Origin: Eledone cirrhosa
Lineage: Eukaryota
Assembly (NCBI GenBank): GCA_964016885.1
Contig: OZ024755.1
Span: 11,842,001 to 11,906,000, forward strand
Direction: 5' to 3'
Length of the DNA: 64,000 bases
Part shown: in pieces, positions 11,296 through 25,169 of the stretch
Layout: each line of letters begins with the position of its first letter
How positions within the stretch are numbered: position 1 is the stretch's first letter
Notes under the pieces: generated by a model
The model's database searches: none
What the model was told of the DNA's origin: nothing
What the model saw: only the letters and a program-made list of their open reading frames with translations
Translations under genes and position numbers: made by a program

Positions 11296-13097
11296 TTTTT
11301 TTTTTTTTTTGTTATATGATCTTATCTTTAACTTTCAAAATATAATGTTGTTGTTTTTTCATTTAGAGAAATAGATACAACTGCAGAGGTTGCATGGCTG
11401 AATGGATAAGAAGTTTGCTTTGCAACCATAGCCTTCAGAGTTTGATTCAACTGCGTGGCATCTTGGGCCGGTTGGGTAGACTGAAACTATGAAAACTCGT
11501 CCGGTAAATTAAGTCTTTTATTACACGTGGCTGGGCTTGTAGCATACAGGCCTTTCGGCGCTAAGGGGCTTTGGGCGCTTAAGCCCCTCCAATAATGTGT
11601 TTCAATATACTTGTGCTTTGGCTTTTACTACTCATTTTATATTATCTCTAAATATATTAGTATGATCATGTTTTTTTTATTCTTTCTTAGTTTCGTATTG
11701 ATGATAAAAAAAGCATAAGCTTAGAATAATAACACATATTCTCCTTGAGAATTACGATAAGGGTACACATGCCTGTGGAATGGGGATGGTTAATCATTTT
11801 CACGCGAATTTTACGAGGTTATTGAATTGATTGAACAACTGGAACACTCATCGTCGAAACTGACGGAGAGAAGAATTAGCAAGACGCTTTAGACGGAAAA
11901 GTTAAATGTCGATAGAAAGAGAAGTTAATGACAATAAAGATAGAGAAGAAAAAAAAACACACAAAAGGCGAATCTGTGAATGCATGCAATAAATATTTTA
12001 TTTTCTAACGGAAGAAAAAATAATTATAAATCGAAACAAATTTCTATTCTGACCTCCAAAATGATCTACGAATCTAAACTAATATTTTGTTTGCTAACTG
12101 GTTCTGGTTTAAACCAATTTCATTCTATTTCTTAGTCAAAGAATTATTTATGTTGTGTTTATATATTTTGATTTGTTTCTTTTTCTCAGATTTAAAGTAA
12201 ATAAACATTGAAGTTGGTGTTTGTTTGTTCTTTGTAATTGTTAGTTGTTATTGTTGTTGTTGTTGCTGTTTCTTATAAGAAACAGTATTTATATGATAAA
12301 TAATTTGAAAAATAAAATAAATTTAATGAAACCAAACAAACGAAAAAGATGAGAAACAGATTGAAATAAAATATAAAAATATGAAGAAATAAAAATGTAA
12401 AAATGAAAATCAAATAAATAGAATATGAAAAAAATATATATTTTTCTCAATTCATTCTATTATACATTTTCCAATTCACCATTTTTCGAAGTTGGTAATC
12501 GTTTTAACGGTTTGCAAAGTCTGACATTTGACATTAAAAGAGTGCGTCAAAATATTAATTCTATAGTTATTCATTTGTATTTATATTATTTTTAATTTTT
12601 ATTTAACATTATTCTTTATTCTTTCACAGAGAATCTAGTTTCTTGTGTGTATGTGTGTGGGGTATCTGTGTATGTGAGTGAATGTAGTGGAGAGGCATTG
12701 AAGCTGGAATGTGGTGCGAACACTTTTATCGTGCCCACGACCATACATAAATATTTGAACTTCAACACTTCAATATTGACGAAATAATAGTTAATTATAC
12801 AATTCTACTTCTATAAAGAACACCAGGAAAAGTTAGCTAAGAAACTATATATATATATATATGTGTGTGTGTGTGGGGGTGTGTATTGTTTTACCAGTAA
12901 ATATTGTAAAAACATCATTTATATATATATATATAGAAAAGAAAATTTCGTTCTACATGGCTGAATACAGTAAATGTAATCTGAGTTTATCGAATATTAA
13001 TAATAACATTCGATTCGTTTGCAATTATGCAAACAAGCCTCAATTTTATAGCCATGTCAGTAGAATGAACATTTTATTCTTGCTCTTGTGTTGGCAT

Positions 13098-13165
13098 GCG
13101 AACAGAACTGCAGACACTAATGTTTCTGAGTATCACCCTTCATCAGTACAGCTCATTGTTCACCT
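13098..13165 (-). ncRNA. Type I hammerhead ribozyme with extended stem I
   Basis: Minus strand: gtgaaca-at-gagctgta-CTGATGA-agggtgatactca-GAAA-cattagtg-TC-tgcagttc-tgttcgc, with a GTC cleavage triplet. Confidence 0.82.
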
Positions 13166-13390
13166 GCCAAACTGTCAGAGCTAGTGAAAATATATGCTAT
13201 TTTTAAAAAATACACAGTGACTGATCGGCCTGATTTGCATAATAGCAGGCTGGCTGATCAGTCAGATCTGCATATTAACAGATCCACTGATTAGCCAGAT
13301 TTGCATATCAGCAGACTGGCCAGTCAGTTTCCAGTATACGAGCGATAAATGGCCGGCTCTGCCAAATTCAAATAAAAATAAAATAAAAAG

Positions 13391-13449
13391 GTGAACAGTA
13401 CTGATGAAGGGTGATACCCAGAAACATTAGTGTCTGCAGTTCTGTTCGC
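13391..13449 (+). ncRNA. Type I hammerhead ribozyme (7-nt deletion in stem I)
   Basis: CTGATGA(13401)-agggtgataccca-GAAA(13421)-cattagtg-TC. Confidence 0.75.
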
Positions 13450-13983
13450 ATGCCAACACAAGAGCAAGAATGAAGTGTTCATTCTACTGACATGACTATA
13501 AAATTGAGGCTTTGTTTGCATAATTGCAAACGAATCGAATGTTATTATTAATATTCGAAAAGCTCAGGTTACATTTATTATATATATACATACAAGGAGA
13601 GGTACCTGTCAATACCTTAGTAATTTATGAAATTAACAATATATGTTGACACACGTTACAATAAGAACGGTATTTTCACTTAAATAGGAATTATAGCAGA
13701 CTTCTCAATGCAAAGAATCTAGATAAAAACATTAATAAATTTGCCCATTGGTATTGTTTTGAATACTACTCCCTTTTACAGTCAGCCTATATAATACTTC
13801 GTTTATAGACGAGTCGTTAGGTGCGTTGTCAGTTAAAAGGGCAGGACCAAAAGTAAATTAAATTTTTTTTCTTTGTTTTCTCTGTCTAACCCTTTTTTTG
13901 TGGTGGCGGGTGGGGAGCTCAACCAAGACCTTCCAAACTAAAAGAAAGCAACCCAAAACTGTTTTGAAAAAAAAAAAAATAGT

Positions 13984-14148
13984 AATAATTGTTTCTACTT
14001 TTGGCACAAGGCCAGCAATTACGCAGTGCATTACTGGTACTTTATTTTATCGACTCCGTAAAGATGAAAGGCAAAGTTAACCTCGGCGGGATCTGAACTC
14101 AGGATGGCAAGGGCCGTAACGCTATGCGTCAAAGCATGGCGTCCGACC
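13984..14148 (-). mobile_element. SINE family 1
   Basis: Reverse-complement core and tail. Confidence 0.85.
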
Positions 14149-14519
14149 TGGCGAATGCATGAAAAATTTACTTATTCATCTCTGTAATTCAGGAACCTGT
14201 ATTGCACTACAGCTTTCATCCCTTTTTATCCATAAAACAATAGGTTCGTGTTTCAGGGAGATCTGCTTTCTATTTTTATTACGTATAGCAACAGTTTTAT
14301 TAGCTCCCACGAGACGCACACACACACACGCACACACAGTGGTTTTGATAATATCTTTACCAGTTCGAACTACGACAGAAAATAGTTCGTTTTGGGCCAT
14401 ATTCATTGAAGGATGGTGCTTCTGGAGTATCTCTCTTCATCCTTGGTCAGTTCACTGTCAGACTGGTCAGTTCACATTACATTAACCAAAGTATACATTT
14501 GTTTTATAGGAGCAAGGAT

Positions 14520-14870
14520 ATCCCAGTGATATATGGAATACAGATCATAAAATGGTCTTGTATCAATTCTTGTCATGATAACTAACAGCGATTTCTAAAT
14601 AATCTATCCGATGTGGGTTCGTTACCTGGAAAGCGAACCGAAGACACCTTAGTGCAGATGGAGATACAACTTCTCCAAATGGTCTCCATGTCAATTATGG
14701 ATATAATTCAATGCAATGACAATGAACGAGGAAAATGGCGGAAATATATTCACGACATTTCCTACTCTCTTATAAACGGAAATAAAGAATTTCGACGGTA
14801 AATCCAAGATCACGTGCAAGCTATCAAATAGTCATCCCCAGTACTCTCTAGCCACATTTCCCTCACATGC
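14520..14870 (-). mobile_element. Possible highly decayed non-LTR reverse transcriptase remnant
   Basis: FDS-like, SPxxFxIAL-like and LExA-like fragments in RT order, but heavily frameshifted. Confidence 0.25.
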
Positions 14871-15082
14871 CGATCCGTTGCTATGGTTACGCCACGTGAC
14901 CAACGAGCTGGGTATTGCTATCCAAACAGGATCCACATGTATTAGAAGTCAACGTCTTAACCAAAACACATTCGTTCCTATGTCTAGAATTAAAATATTT
15001 TTAGCAATTAATTTGTGTTTATTTCTTATAAACACACACGTACATATATATATATATGTATATTTGAATGCTTGCATTTCAC

Positions 15083-15195
<113 letters not shown>

Positions 15196-15363
15196 TACAT
15201 ACATACATACATACATACATACATACATACATACATACGTATGTTGTGCAGATATAGTGACCTTGGTAATTAACAAGGGAAACAGAACTGAATATTTATA
15301 ATACAGTAAATATATAGAAGTTTAGTCAGTTTCTTATATATGCGTCTGTGTGTGCATACATAC

Positions 15364-15468
<105 letters not shown>

Positions 15469-15803
15469 AATATATAATATATTTATGTATATATATGTGT
15501 GTGTTTGTGTGTTCCACGAAATTAGAAGTGAAGTTGTGAGATAACATATAAACACATAGCACACATACGTAGAAATGTAACTGCTGCCAGACTGAGGTAA
15601 TTCTATTTAGATTAAGACAATATTGGTCTCCAGACTGATTGCAGTCTGCAGATTGAGAGAGTAATAATGCTAGTGAGGCCGATATATAGTAACAACAATA
15701 GCAATTGCTATATACATAGCCAAAGTTTAAGCTAGACTTAGCTAGTCTATTGCAACTGATGCTAAATATACGTAACAATGGTTAACACTGATTAATAATG
15801 GTT

Positions 15804-15850
15804 AATAGTGGATGAACAGGGAGCAGCATTTGTGAAACCTAGGTAACATT
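15804..15850 (+). ncRNA. Decayed hammerhead motif
   Basis: aatagt-ggatga (mutated core)-acaggg..tttgt-GAAA-cctagg-TA-acatt, with a palindromic stem III. Confidence 0.45.
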
Positions 15851-16214
15851 TGGTAGCACAAACTGCTGTTGTTTATATTCTGCTAAGTAAAATCTACATT
15901 TGTTGTTGGACCTCCGTCGGTTCCGACGGCGAATGTAGCAGTTGTTTTTAAATCAGCAGAAATTTCAGAACAAGTAACTCAGCTCTACATATGTGCACAC
16001 TTAACGCCGTTCTCAGGGAGATTCAGCGTGCCACACTCTGACAAAGTTAGCCATTTCAATTAGTCCTTCTGGTATTATTATGAAACCAGCAGAAAATCGC
16101 CGTTCAGGCGGTTTTCTGCTAGCATATGTAGTGTGCATATTGGTATTATACGCAAATATATATGCATATATATATATATGTAAATTAAAAAGTAAATTGA
16201 CAATATCTTCTTCT

Positions 16215-16860
16215 TCATCCACTTATTTCTGAGAGGGTCGTGGGGACAGAGTCCTTCTCAAACACTCCTTCCAGCGAGTCTGTCAGTAGCAAACATCTCT
16301 AACTTATCCAGCTGGATCCCAAAGCGTGACCAGCTAAACTCATGGATGTTATCCAACTATCTTGCTGAGGGTCTACCTCTGGGTCTCTTGCCGGTTAGTT
16401 TTGCCTGTAAAGTGTGTCCAGCGATTCTTTACTGAGACATTCTAACCACATGCTCATAATATCGGAGTTGTGATCTCTCAATTCAGAGAAGTAGCGGCTC
16501 TACCAGGAGTGACTCTCTGGTCTCTGAGTTATGCACTTTATCGAGTAACGTTACTCCAAAGACCCTTTGGAGGAATCCCATTTCTGACACTTTTATTTGC
16601 AATCGTATTCTTTTGGTCATTACTCAAGATTCATGATCCTCGGTAAGAGTTGGCAGGAATACATGGAAGACAGCGAGTTTTGCTTTTGCACATACCCCTT
16701 CATCTGATTGCTGAGGCTGGCGCTTTACCGCATCAGCTTTGTAATTCTTGCACTTAATTCAGTCTCCTGCATTCCATCACTCATGAACACGGCTCCAAGA
16801 TACTTGAACTTCTCTAACTGCTTCAGTAGAACTCCATTCACATGTATATAAATTTGAGGG
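16215..16860 (-). mobile_element. RTE-clade LINE ORF2 3' fragment
   Basis: Minus translation gives LKQLEKFKYLGAVF...SEMGFLQRVFGVTLLDKVHNS...QLRYYEHVVRM...GKRPRGRP. Confidence 0.88.
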
Positions 16861-17255
16861 ACTTCTGTCCACCCGTCCATCACGCAATGTGTATGTGTGT
16901 TTGTGTGAATGTATGTGTGTGTAAAAGGAAGGAAAAGGATACACACATATATGTCTCTAACTTAAAAACAGTGACACACACACACACGTGTCTCTAATTT
17001 AAGAACGCCGACAAACTCACGCGCGGGCACATACACACACTGTCCTATTACCACTCAAGAGCTTTGGCCCGGGCAAACGTCCCCTCAATTTTGGAACCGT
17101 CTGGGCTGTCCTGAATTGATGGGAAAAGACTTGATGGTCTTATTCTGTGCTCCTGAAGTGCAACTTTGATAAGCAGTTAATTTGAAATTATTTATTTTTA
17201 CGAAATTATTTTTGTTTACGAAATTGAGTAGATAAATTATGTAATATTCATTCAT

Positions 17256-17646
17256 TCGCCGAGGTTAACTTTGTCTTTCATACTTACGGGGTCGATAAAA
17301 TAAAGTACCAGTAATGTACTGGGTAATTGCTGGCTTTGTGCCAAAAGTAGAAACAATTATTTATTCAAAGTAATCCAACTTATGTTACAAACGGGATAAA
17401 AAAAACAACCTACGCAATCCCTCAGACCTTCCTTTATTATAGTTTAGATAGGGCGGTGGATTGGCAGTATCGGTAGAGGGTCGGACGCCATGCTTTGCAG
17501 CAAAGAGTTACAGCCCCTTATGGTCTGAGTTCAAATCCCACCGAGGTTAACTTTGCCTTTCATCCTTACGGGGTCGATAAAATAAAGTACCAGTAATACA
17601 CTGGAATAATTGCTGGCCTTGTGCCAAAAGTAGAAACAATTATTAT
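17256..17646 (+). mobile_element. Partial plus full-length SINE family 1 copies
   Basis: 3' half at 17256-17362. Full copy at 17450-17646 starting agggcggtggattggcagtatcgg. Confidence 0.9.
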
Positions 17647-17654
17647 GAAAGTAG

Positions 17655-17945
17655 CTGATCATTCTACAAATGCGTATATCCTTAACGTAAGAGTCAAGGA
17701 AATTCATCGCAACTCAATGACTGAGCCTTTCAATTGTTGATACAGTCCTTTTAACCCTCTCAGGGCCATTCAACGTGATAGAACGTGTGAGAAGGCTGGC
17801 TTTTTGAATTGCATGTGCATCTCATTTTTTGCCAGCTGAGTGGAATGGATCAACGTGGAATAAAGTGTTTTGCACTTGAAATCGAGCCCACAACCATTCG
17901 TTCGTGAACCGTACACTCTAACCACTAAGCCACACAGGCTCCACA
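17655..17945 (-). mobile_element. SINE family 2
   Basis: Minus-strand head tggcttagtggttagagtg and conserved body ccactcagctggcaaaaa. Confidence 0.75.
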
Positions 17946-18432
17946 CACCTTAGATGTTTCTGCTGTATCATTATAATTTCGTTGCTATATAGAATATTTC
18001 TGTTGCGGTCTCCAGCCAAGTAGCCGACAGTGCTACAACAAAATTATTTCATACATATAACATATGAACAGGAAATGATTTCGGATGCTGGTGATTTTTG
18101 ACATTTTCCTAGAAGTCAGGGCGGGGGAGGAGGATTATGAAAGAAAGAACATGGGGAGGCGGGGAGGGGGGCTGGGTGCTAAGAAGGGGTACAGTGAATA
18201 TAACTATGGAGATGATGATGATGATGATGAGCGGGAGGAAGCTAGAGAAAATTTGGATAATTATCATGACAATATATATTCGTATGTGTGCGTATTATTT
18301 ATGCATACATATACACATACACGCATGGTGTTCTAAGAAATACATATACTTTTAGTTGCAGGGATGTGTTCGAAAGAACAATATATATACACACATATAT
18401 ATACACACATATACACACATATACATATATAT

Positions 18433-18574
<142 letters not shown>

Positions 18575-18657
18575 TTATATATATTTATATATATATATAC
18601 ATATATATATATATACATATTTACTCACTAACTCACACACTCACACACACTCACACA

Positions 18658-18697
<40 letters not shown>

Positions 18698-18829
18698 CAC
18701 ACACACACACATACACTTATACATATACATGTATACATATCATATACACAGTACAACGAGGAAATATATTAGTTGAAATAATAAGCAAAGAGTCTTAACA
18801 TTTCGGATGTCTACCAAAGTAGAGTTTAA

Positions 18830-18983
18830 ATATTCATTTAATGGTTAAAAGGTGAGCCTTGTTACTCTGGAGTTTCACCTGTGCACTCACAGGTTCCTCA
18901 GATAGTCTTACCTGATGATCCTGCGAGTGAGTAGGTGAAACTCCAGGGTAACAAGGAACACCTCTTAACAATTAAATGAATAT
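18830..18983. mobile_element. Compact ~150-bp foldback with two back-to-back hammerheads (family F)
   Basis: Minus: CTGAGGA-acctgtgagtgcacaggt-GAAA-ctccagag-TA. Plus: CTGATGA(18912)-tcctgcgagtgagtaggt-GAAA-ctccaggg-TA. Confidence 0.78.
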
Positions 18984-19049
18984 GCACACACACACACACA
19001 CACACATATATGTATATATATATGTGTGTGACTGTGCGTATATATATAT

Positions 19050-19660
19050 ATATATGGTGGCTGCCAACTCTTTTTCGAGTACGGTCCCTACTTTATATCC
19101 ATGTAGGAGAACCCCTACCGATGCGCTGAACGAGTGTGACTTTTTAGTCCAGCCAGCGACTTGAAAACTCTGGTACAAACACTACACTTGTGACAATTAT
19201 TGACACATAGTGCTGGGCCCATGGTACCATGTGACGACAAGTGCAGAGAGATCTCCAGATATAAAGCAATGCCTGTGCTGTGAAGCTTTTATAGTGAGCA
19301 AAGGCACTGCACAAAGCCAGTTCCACTCTCTTAACCAAGATGATATTTACCAAAAAGAAGAACAAGTCAACATCATTGGATACAATCAGGGTTGCAGGTG
19401 TTATATCAGAGTTTTCCTTCTCCTAGAATTCTGCCTTGACAAAGGCTAAGGGGTCATCTCTCCCGGTGATTTTGGATGGCCATTGACTCTTAAGAGCTCC
19501 TTTTCCCTTTGACAGGTTTTGATTTTAGTCCTGCAGGATGTCCAAAGTCACCCTCCTCACCAAGAAATCTTGGTGGGGTTGCCAGTTTAGTCGCCAAAGA
19601 CCCGACCATGGGACAGGTTGTACTGGGATACATGTTACCAGTAGCACCAACTGGTGACCT

Positions 19661-19663
<3 letters not shown>
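19050..19663 (-). mobile_element. Internally deleted (bipartite) RTE-derived non-autonomous retroelement inside (TA)n
   Basis: RTE-type 5' UTR motifs (ggcaacccc, taggagaaggaaaactctg) joined to a C2H2 remnant CSVCTRVFKSLAGLKSHTRSAH. Related copy at 31650-31890. Confidence 0.65.
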
Positions 19664-19727
<64 letters not shown>

Positions 19728-19744
19728 TGTATATATATATACTG

Positions 19745-19775
<31 letters not shown>

Positions 19776-20143
19776 TAATTTGTGTGTGTATGAGTGTGTG
19801 TGCGTGTGTGTGTGCGTGTGTGGTAGTGTGTCTATGTGGTAGCTAGTAGGTCTCTATGCATATGTCTAATGACGGTCATAATGATAATGTTGACGATGAT
19901 GATGATGATGATGATGATGATGAAGATGTTGCTATTAATGCATTAGATGTCATGGGAAACAAAGGGGGTTGACTGGATGGACAGGTAATACCGAAATAGC
20001 AGGACAATATTGTAGCTAATGTGGTTATGTCGTTAGTGAGTTTGGTATTTATGCTATTTAATCTACCGCTTGGGGCGAGATTTAGTGAGGTTTGGAGAAA
20101 GAGAGAGAGAGAAGGAGATCAACAGACAGACAGATAGACAGAC

Positions 20144-20262
<119 letters not shown>

Positions 20263-20452
20263 ATATATATGTGTATGTATATATATATAGAGAGAGAGAA
20301 ATATAAGTATATATATATATATATACACACACATATATGCACATATACACATATATATACATATATATATATACATATATGTATATATCTATATATCTAT
20401 ATATATATATAAATATATATACACACCCAATCATATATACATATATATATAC

Positions 20453-20485
<33 letters not shown>

Positions 20486-20546
20486 TATATACATATATAT
20501 ACATAGAGAGAGAATGACATATATAAATAGAGAGACACAGAGAGAG

Positions 20547-20608
<62 letters not shown>

Positions 20609-20816
20609 ACGGGTAAACAGATAGATATATAGATATGGTAAGGTTTTAACACACTCTGCTGGCTGCAGTTAGTTATGAATACTACATCAGCATCCGCGGT
20701 AATGAAAACACTGGAGCACATTGAAATTGTACAGCTACAGCTTAATTAACTTTAGTAAACCGGAAAATACGTCATATCGTCTCCTTCCTGTTGTTTAACC
20801 ACAATATTATTATTAT

Positions 20817-21390
20817 CATGTCACGTGTAGAAGGGATCCGGCTATCAGCTGAGTCCATCGTAAAAATTTCCCCGCCGCCCTCCTTTAGCCGAGAAGGGCA
20901 GGCAGTTTTTATCTGCCTGGTGGCCATGTTAAAAGAGATTGTATGGTGGACACGCCTTAAAGGGTTGAAGACGGGTACTTTCCTCTTCGGTGACGCCCTC
21001 ATTAACTTTTTCAGGTTTCACCTGAAAAGGAAAATCAGGGTGCAGAGGGAAGTGCTGACCTCCAGCCAGTTTGTTGAAAGGTGGGTGAGAGAGGCAAGAA
21101 TGGCCCGTGTGAATGGACCTGCCCTGAGCGTATGCCTGTAGCATTGTAGGAGGAAAACTGGAAGAGGGCATTTGCCCTAGCGATCAGGGTAACCGTCGCT
21201 TTTCTTGTGGGCTTTCTCCACGAGCAACCCTCGGATGTCTCCTCCCTATTGGGGAATTTTTCATTGTTTCCTTTTTTACCAATGCTCTGTTTTTGGGGTT
21301 TTCTTACACGCAAAAATGCCCATTTGTATTATCCTATGTTGTCCTTAATGTTATACTTTGTGTCAACCCTTGCGGTTAATAAAGATAACA
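20817..21390 (+). mobile_element. L1/Tx1-like LINE 3' end in an (ATT)n tract
   Basis: ORF remnant LVAMLKEIVWWTRLKG...FVERWVREARMARVNG* (stop at 21141), then a 3' UTR ending aataaagata. Confidence 0.75.
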
Positions 21391-21410
21391 TTACTATTAT
21401 CATTATTATT

Positions 21411-21694
21411 GTTCTTTGAGTCTCAGTCATTGATGTTAGTTAACTGGAAAGTTTGTTGAAATGAATATCAAGCCACTACCTGCAGCCTCAGATATTCAGG
21501 ACGTATCGGAGGGTTCTTGCTGTTCCCAGCAAGCATGCCTTTTGAAGTGTTCCAAAAAGCGGGGCGGGGCCAATTTTCTTTAACCATCCCTGGAAACCTT
21601 TTGAGATAGTACCTAGTGCGCCTATGACAATCGGGACCACTTTGACTTCATGGCAGTTCCAAATCCTTTTTACCTCCCACTTTAAGTCCTGGTA
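21411..21694 (-). mobile_element. R4/Dong-like LINE 3' end (restriction-like endonuclease C-terminus)
   Basis: Minus translation YQDLKWEVKRIWNCHEVKVVPIVIGALGTISKGFQGWLKKIG...LQKACLLGTARTLRYVLNI*, with a (TAA)n tail. Confidence 0.88.
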
Positions 21695-21724
21695 TGATTA
21701 TCATTATCATTATTATTATGATTA

Positions 21725-21922
21725 TCTGTCTGGTGGCCATGGCGAAAGAGATAGTATGGTGGACACGTTTGAAAGGGCTGAAGACGAGCACTTACCTCTT
21801 CGGTGATGCCCTGATTGCCTTTTTCAAATTTCATTTGAAAAGGAAAATCAGAGTAGAGAGGGAAGTGCTCTCTTCCCAGCATTTTGTTGAAAGATGGGTG
21901 AGAGAAGCAAGAATGGCCCATA
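21725..21922 (+). mobile_element. Second L1/Tx1-like fragment
   Basis: ICLVAMAKEIVWWTRLKGLKT...FVERWVREARMAH, preceded by (ATT)n. Confidence 0.75.
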
Positions 21923-22074
21923 TTGCCTCATTTCTCCCCATTTTGGGGCACTATATTTCGTGGTATTTCCCGTTTGGATTTTGAATGGTTGGCAATTCTT
22001 AGATGTATAAAAGGAGAGCTGTACGCCATATATTCAAATATATACACAGGGAACGAGAGAGAGAGAGCGAGAGA

Positions 22075-22148
<74 letters not shown>

Positions 22149-22541
22149 CAGACAGACAGGCAGAGAGATAGAGGCGGCGATAACAATGTCATCAATGCTA
22201 TAATAGGTGATCGAAAATACTATGTCATAGATTTAAATAATGACTATATATACAATAGTCAGTCTCTTATATGGAAAAGCTGTGACATGTTTTATTGTGA
22301 ATAGAAACTAAATTAAACAGCCACAATAGATACAATTGATAATCAATATCTATATGTGAACTGAATAAAATGTTTCATATAAAAAATGACTAAGACGAGT
22401 TCAATAATGCACACAGAGACGCGTGCATACATATGTGTGATTTGTGATTAGCGAGTTCGGCTCACGATCGTACAATCATAAGTACGATTCCGGGATCGGG
22501 CAGCAACTTCCGCCCTTGAACAACACATATATATAGAGACA

Positions 22542-22602
<61 letters not shown>

Positions 22603-22812
22603 GAATGTATATAAATGTAAAAGTTAAATATAAATAACAAAGCAAACGACACAGTATCGTGAAGAAATATATTAGTTTAACGTTTGTAATTGATATATAT
22701 ATATATATATACATATATATATCAATTATATATATATAGATAGATAGATATATATACATATTCACACAAACATATATATATATATATATATATATTCATA
22801 TATATATATATA

Positions 22813-22933
<121 letters not shown>

Positions 22934-25169
22934 GACTTGTAATTCGAAATCTATATTATTTCCACTAAATTTATCTTTTACCTTTATATAGAACGGGATT
23001 TTACTGAGTATAGTAAAAGAAGAAATTATGATAACTAACTCTACCACTATTAGATGAGGTATATTTTAAGTCTTCTCGCCCTCTCCACATCGCTTCATTC
23101 ACAAAGATTAATGAAGCTGGATTACAATCTGACCTATGGTTTGTTTATTAGTTGAGAACACACATGCTGAACTCTAAATGGCCTAATTGATTGCACGCTA
23201 AAGTGGTACTAAATTAGTTCAGGAAAATATACCAGTACAGTCTTGAAAATATAAATATTTATTAAAAGCAAAAAATACCATGCACAGAAAGAAAGAGAGA
23301 AAGAAAGAAATAAAGAAAGAAAGATAGAAATATAAGAGACTGGCCAAATAAGGATTTACCAATATTTTGGGAATCAATGAACTAATAGGAGACAACTTAT
23401 TCGGATAAAGAATAGCATACGAAGGAATATCATGACACTTCTAGATTAAAGTTATAATTATTGATTTATACTATAGGCACAAGGTCAGCAATTTACTTAT
23501 TTTATCGACCCTATAAGGATGAAAGGCAAACCTAACCCTAGCGTGATTTGAACACAGAACTCAAAGGATTGTTACATGAAAGGTAAGTGAATTAGAAATA
23601 TTAGGCAGAAATCTAAAAAATATAAAACGAGCAAAAATAGACTACACAAATGTTCACACAAAACCAATATTTTTACCACAAACATAACGAGATGGCATCT
23701 ACAACCGGATAACTATTATCATATATACTTTATGACTTGGAAAATATCTACTCTTATCTAGATATTTAGATAGAAAACTACCTAATAGTATTTGAAATGA
23801 AACTAATGCATGCCTAAAGTTATAAAGAAATAAAAAGTGTTATCCGTTTTCATAAGAGAAAACATATGGACGAGAGATAGAGATAGCAGACAGCTAGGAG
23901 TATGATGGTGGAGGAACACGAAACGTACAGCTGTTGGTCGCAATCGAGTATTAATTGGTATTATTTACAATGTTTTCGCAAAGTGTTTTATGAGCCCAGC
24001 CAGCCGCGATTAGGCACAGCCACTCTTTCGACCCTAAACCGCAGAACATCCAGCAGAACATCCTGGAAGTGACAATTGGAAGGAAAGAAGGTTGTACCAG
24101 CACTGAGCTGGTACTTTCTTTATCGACCTCGAAAAGATGGAAAGCAAAGTGGATTTTGGAAGGATTTGGACTCAGAATACAGATACCCAAAACAAATAGG
24201 CAAGGCTCTGCTACATCGACCACCTTGAAGAAATGCCAATAGAAAATATTAAGACAAAATAAAACTTAACTTGAAATAAGAATTAGAAAATGTCACGCTA
24301 GGACGTTGACTAGTAAGAGATATACATAGTTAATATATAACGATACTGAACAATGCCATGTGGCTTAGTGGTTAAGGTATTGGAATCACAATTGTAACGT
24401 CATAATGTGTGTAAGTGCATGTGTGCGTGCGTGCGAGCGTGTATTGGGCCTCCGTCGTTTCCGATGACGAGAATTTCAGTTGCTCCAACGACTGAACAAC
24501 CTGCCCGTGATAAGCCGAACACGCTAACCACTAAGCCACGTGCCCTTTGCACATGCGAATTAACTAGGACGATGCCCCACAGGAGTCTTGTTGAGTGTGA
24601 AAGTTTCAAATAACACATTCCGCCAGCTTAATAATGGGAATGTTACTTATATTTCACACACACACACACACGTGTGTGTGTGTGAAATTTCTTGAAGAAA
24701 CCGAATATTACTTTACTTATTCAGTCTGTGAAACAACGGATTATATATCAGTTACTAATAATGATCATCATAGTACTATCACTACTACTACTACTAGTAC
24801 TAATCCTGACGACTATAAGATTACACTAAATTCTGAATTGTTGTATGGCAACAAGCCTAAAAATTTAACGTGCTGCATGTATGCTAAGTTAATTAATTTT
24901 CTAGTTGACCCGATGTTGTTGGTCAACCATCTACTCTAACCGAATGCATTGGTATAATCGATAGAATTCTTCCTACCAATTGAAAATTCTCTCTATAGAT
25001 TGGAAAAGCTGTTAGAATCTACTATGTGAAACCCTTATTTTTTAAATATACAGTGTGTACCTAAGATGATATTCAAAATTTTCCATTACATTAATGAATT
25101 CCATCTGATACCCACTGGATGTAACAGCATACTGTTTGTCTTATACGCTGTCAACAGGAGGCATAAGAA

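Larger units (their letters stand above)
12971..13577. mobile_element. Penelope-like foldback: ~190-bp inverted arms with a ~220-bp spacer
   Basis: Arms at 12971-13165 and 13389-13577, also visible as mirrored ORFs 12861+ and 13324-. The right arm ends in (TA)n. Confidence 0.85.
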
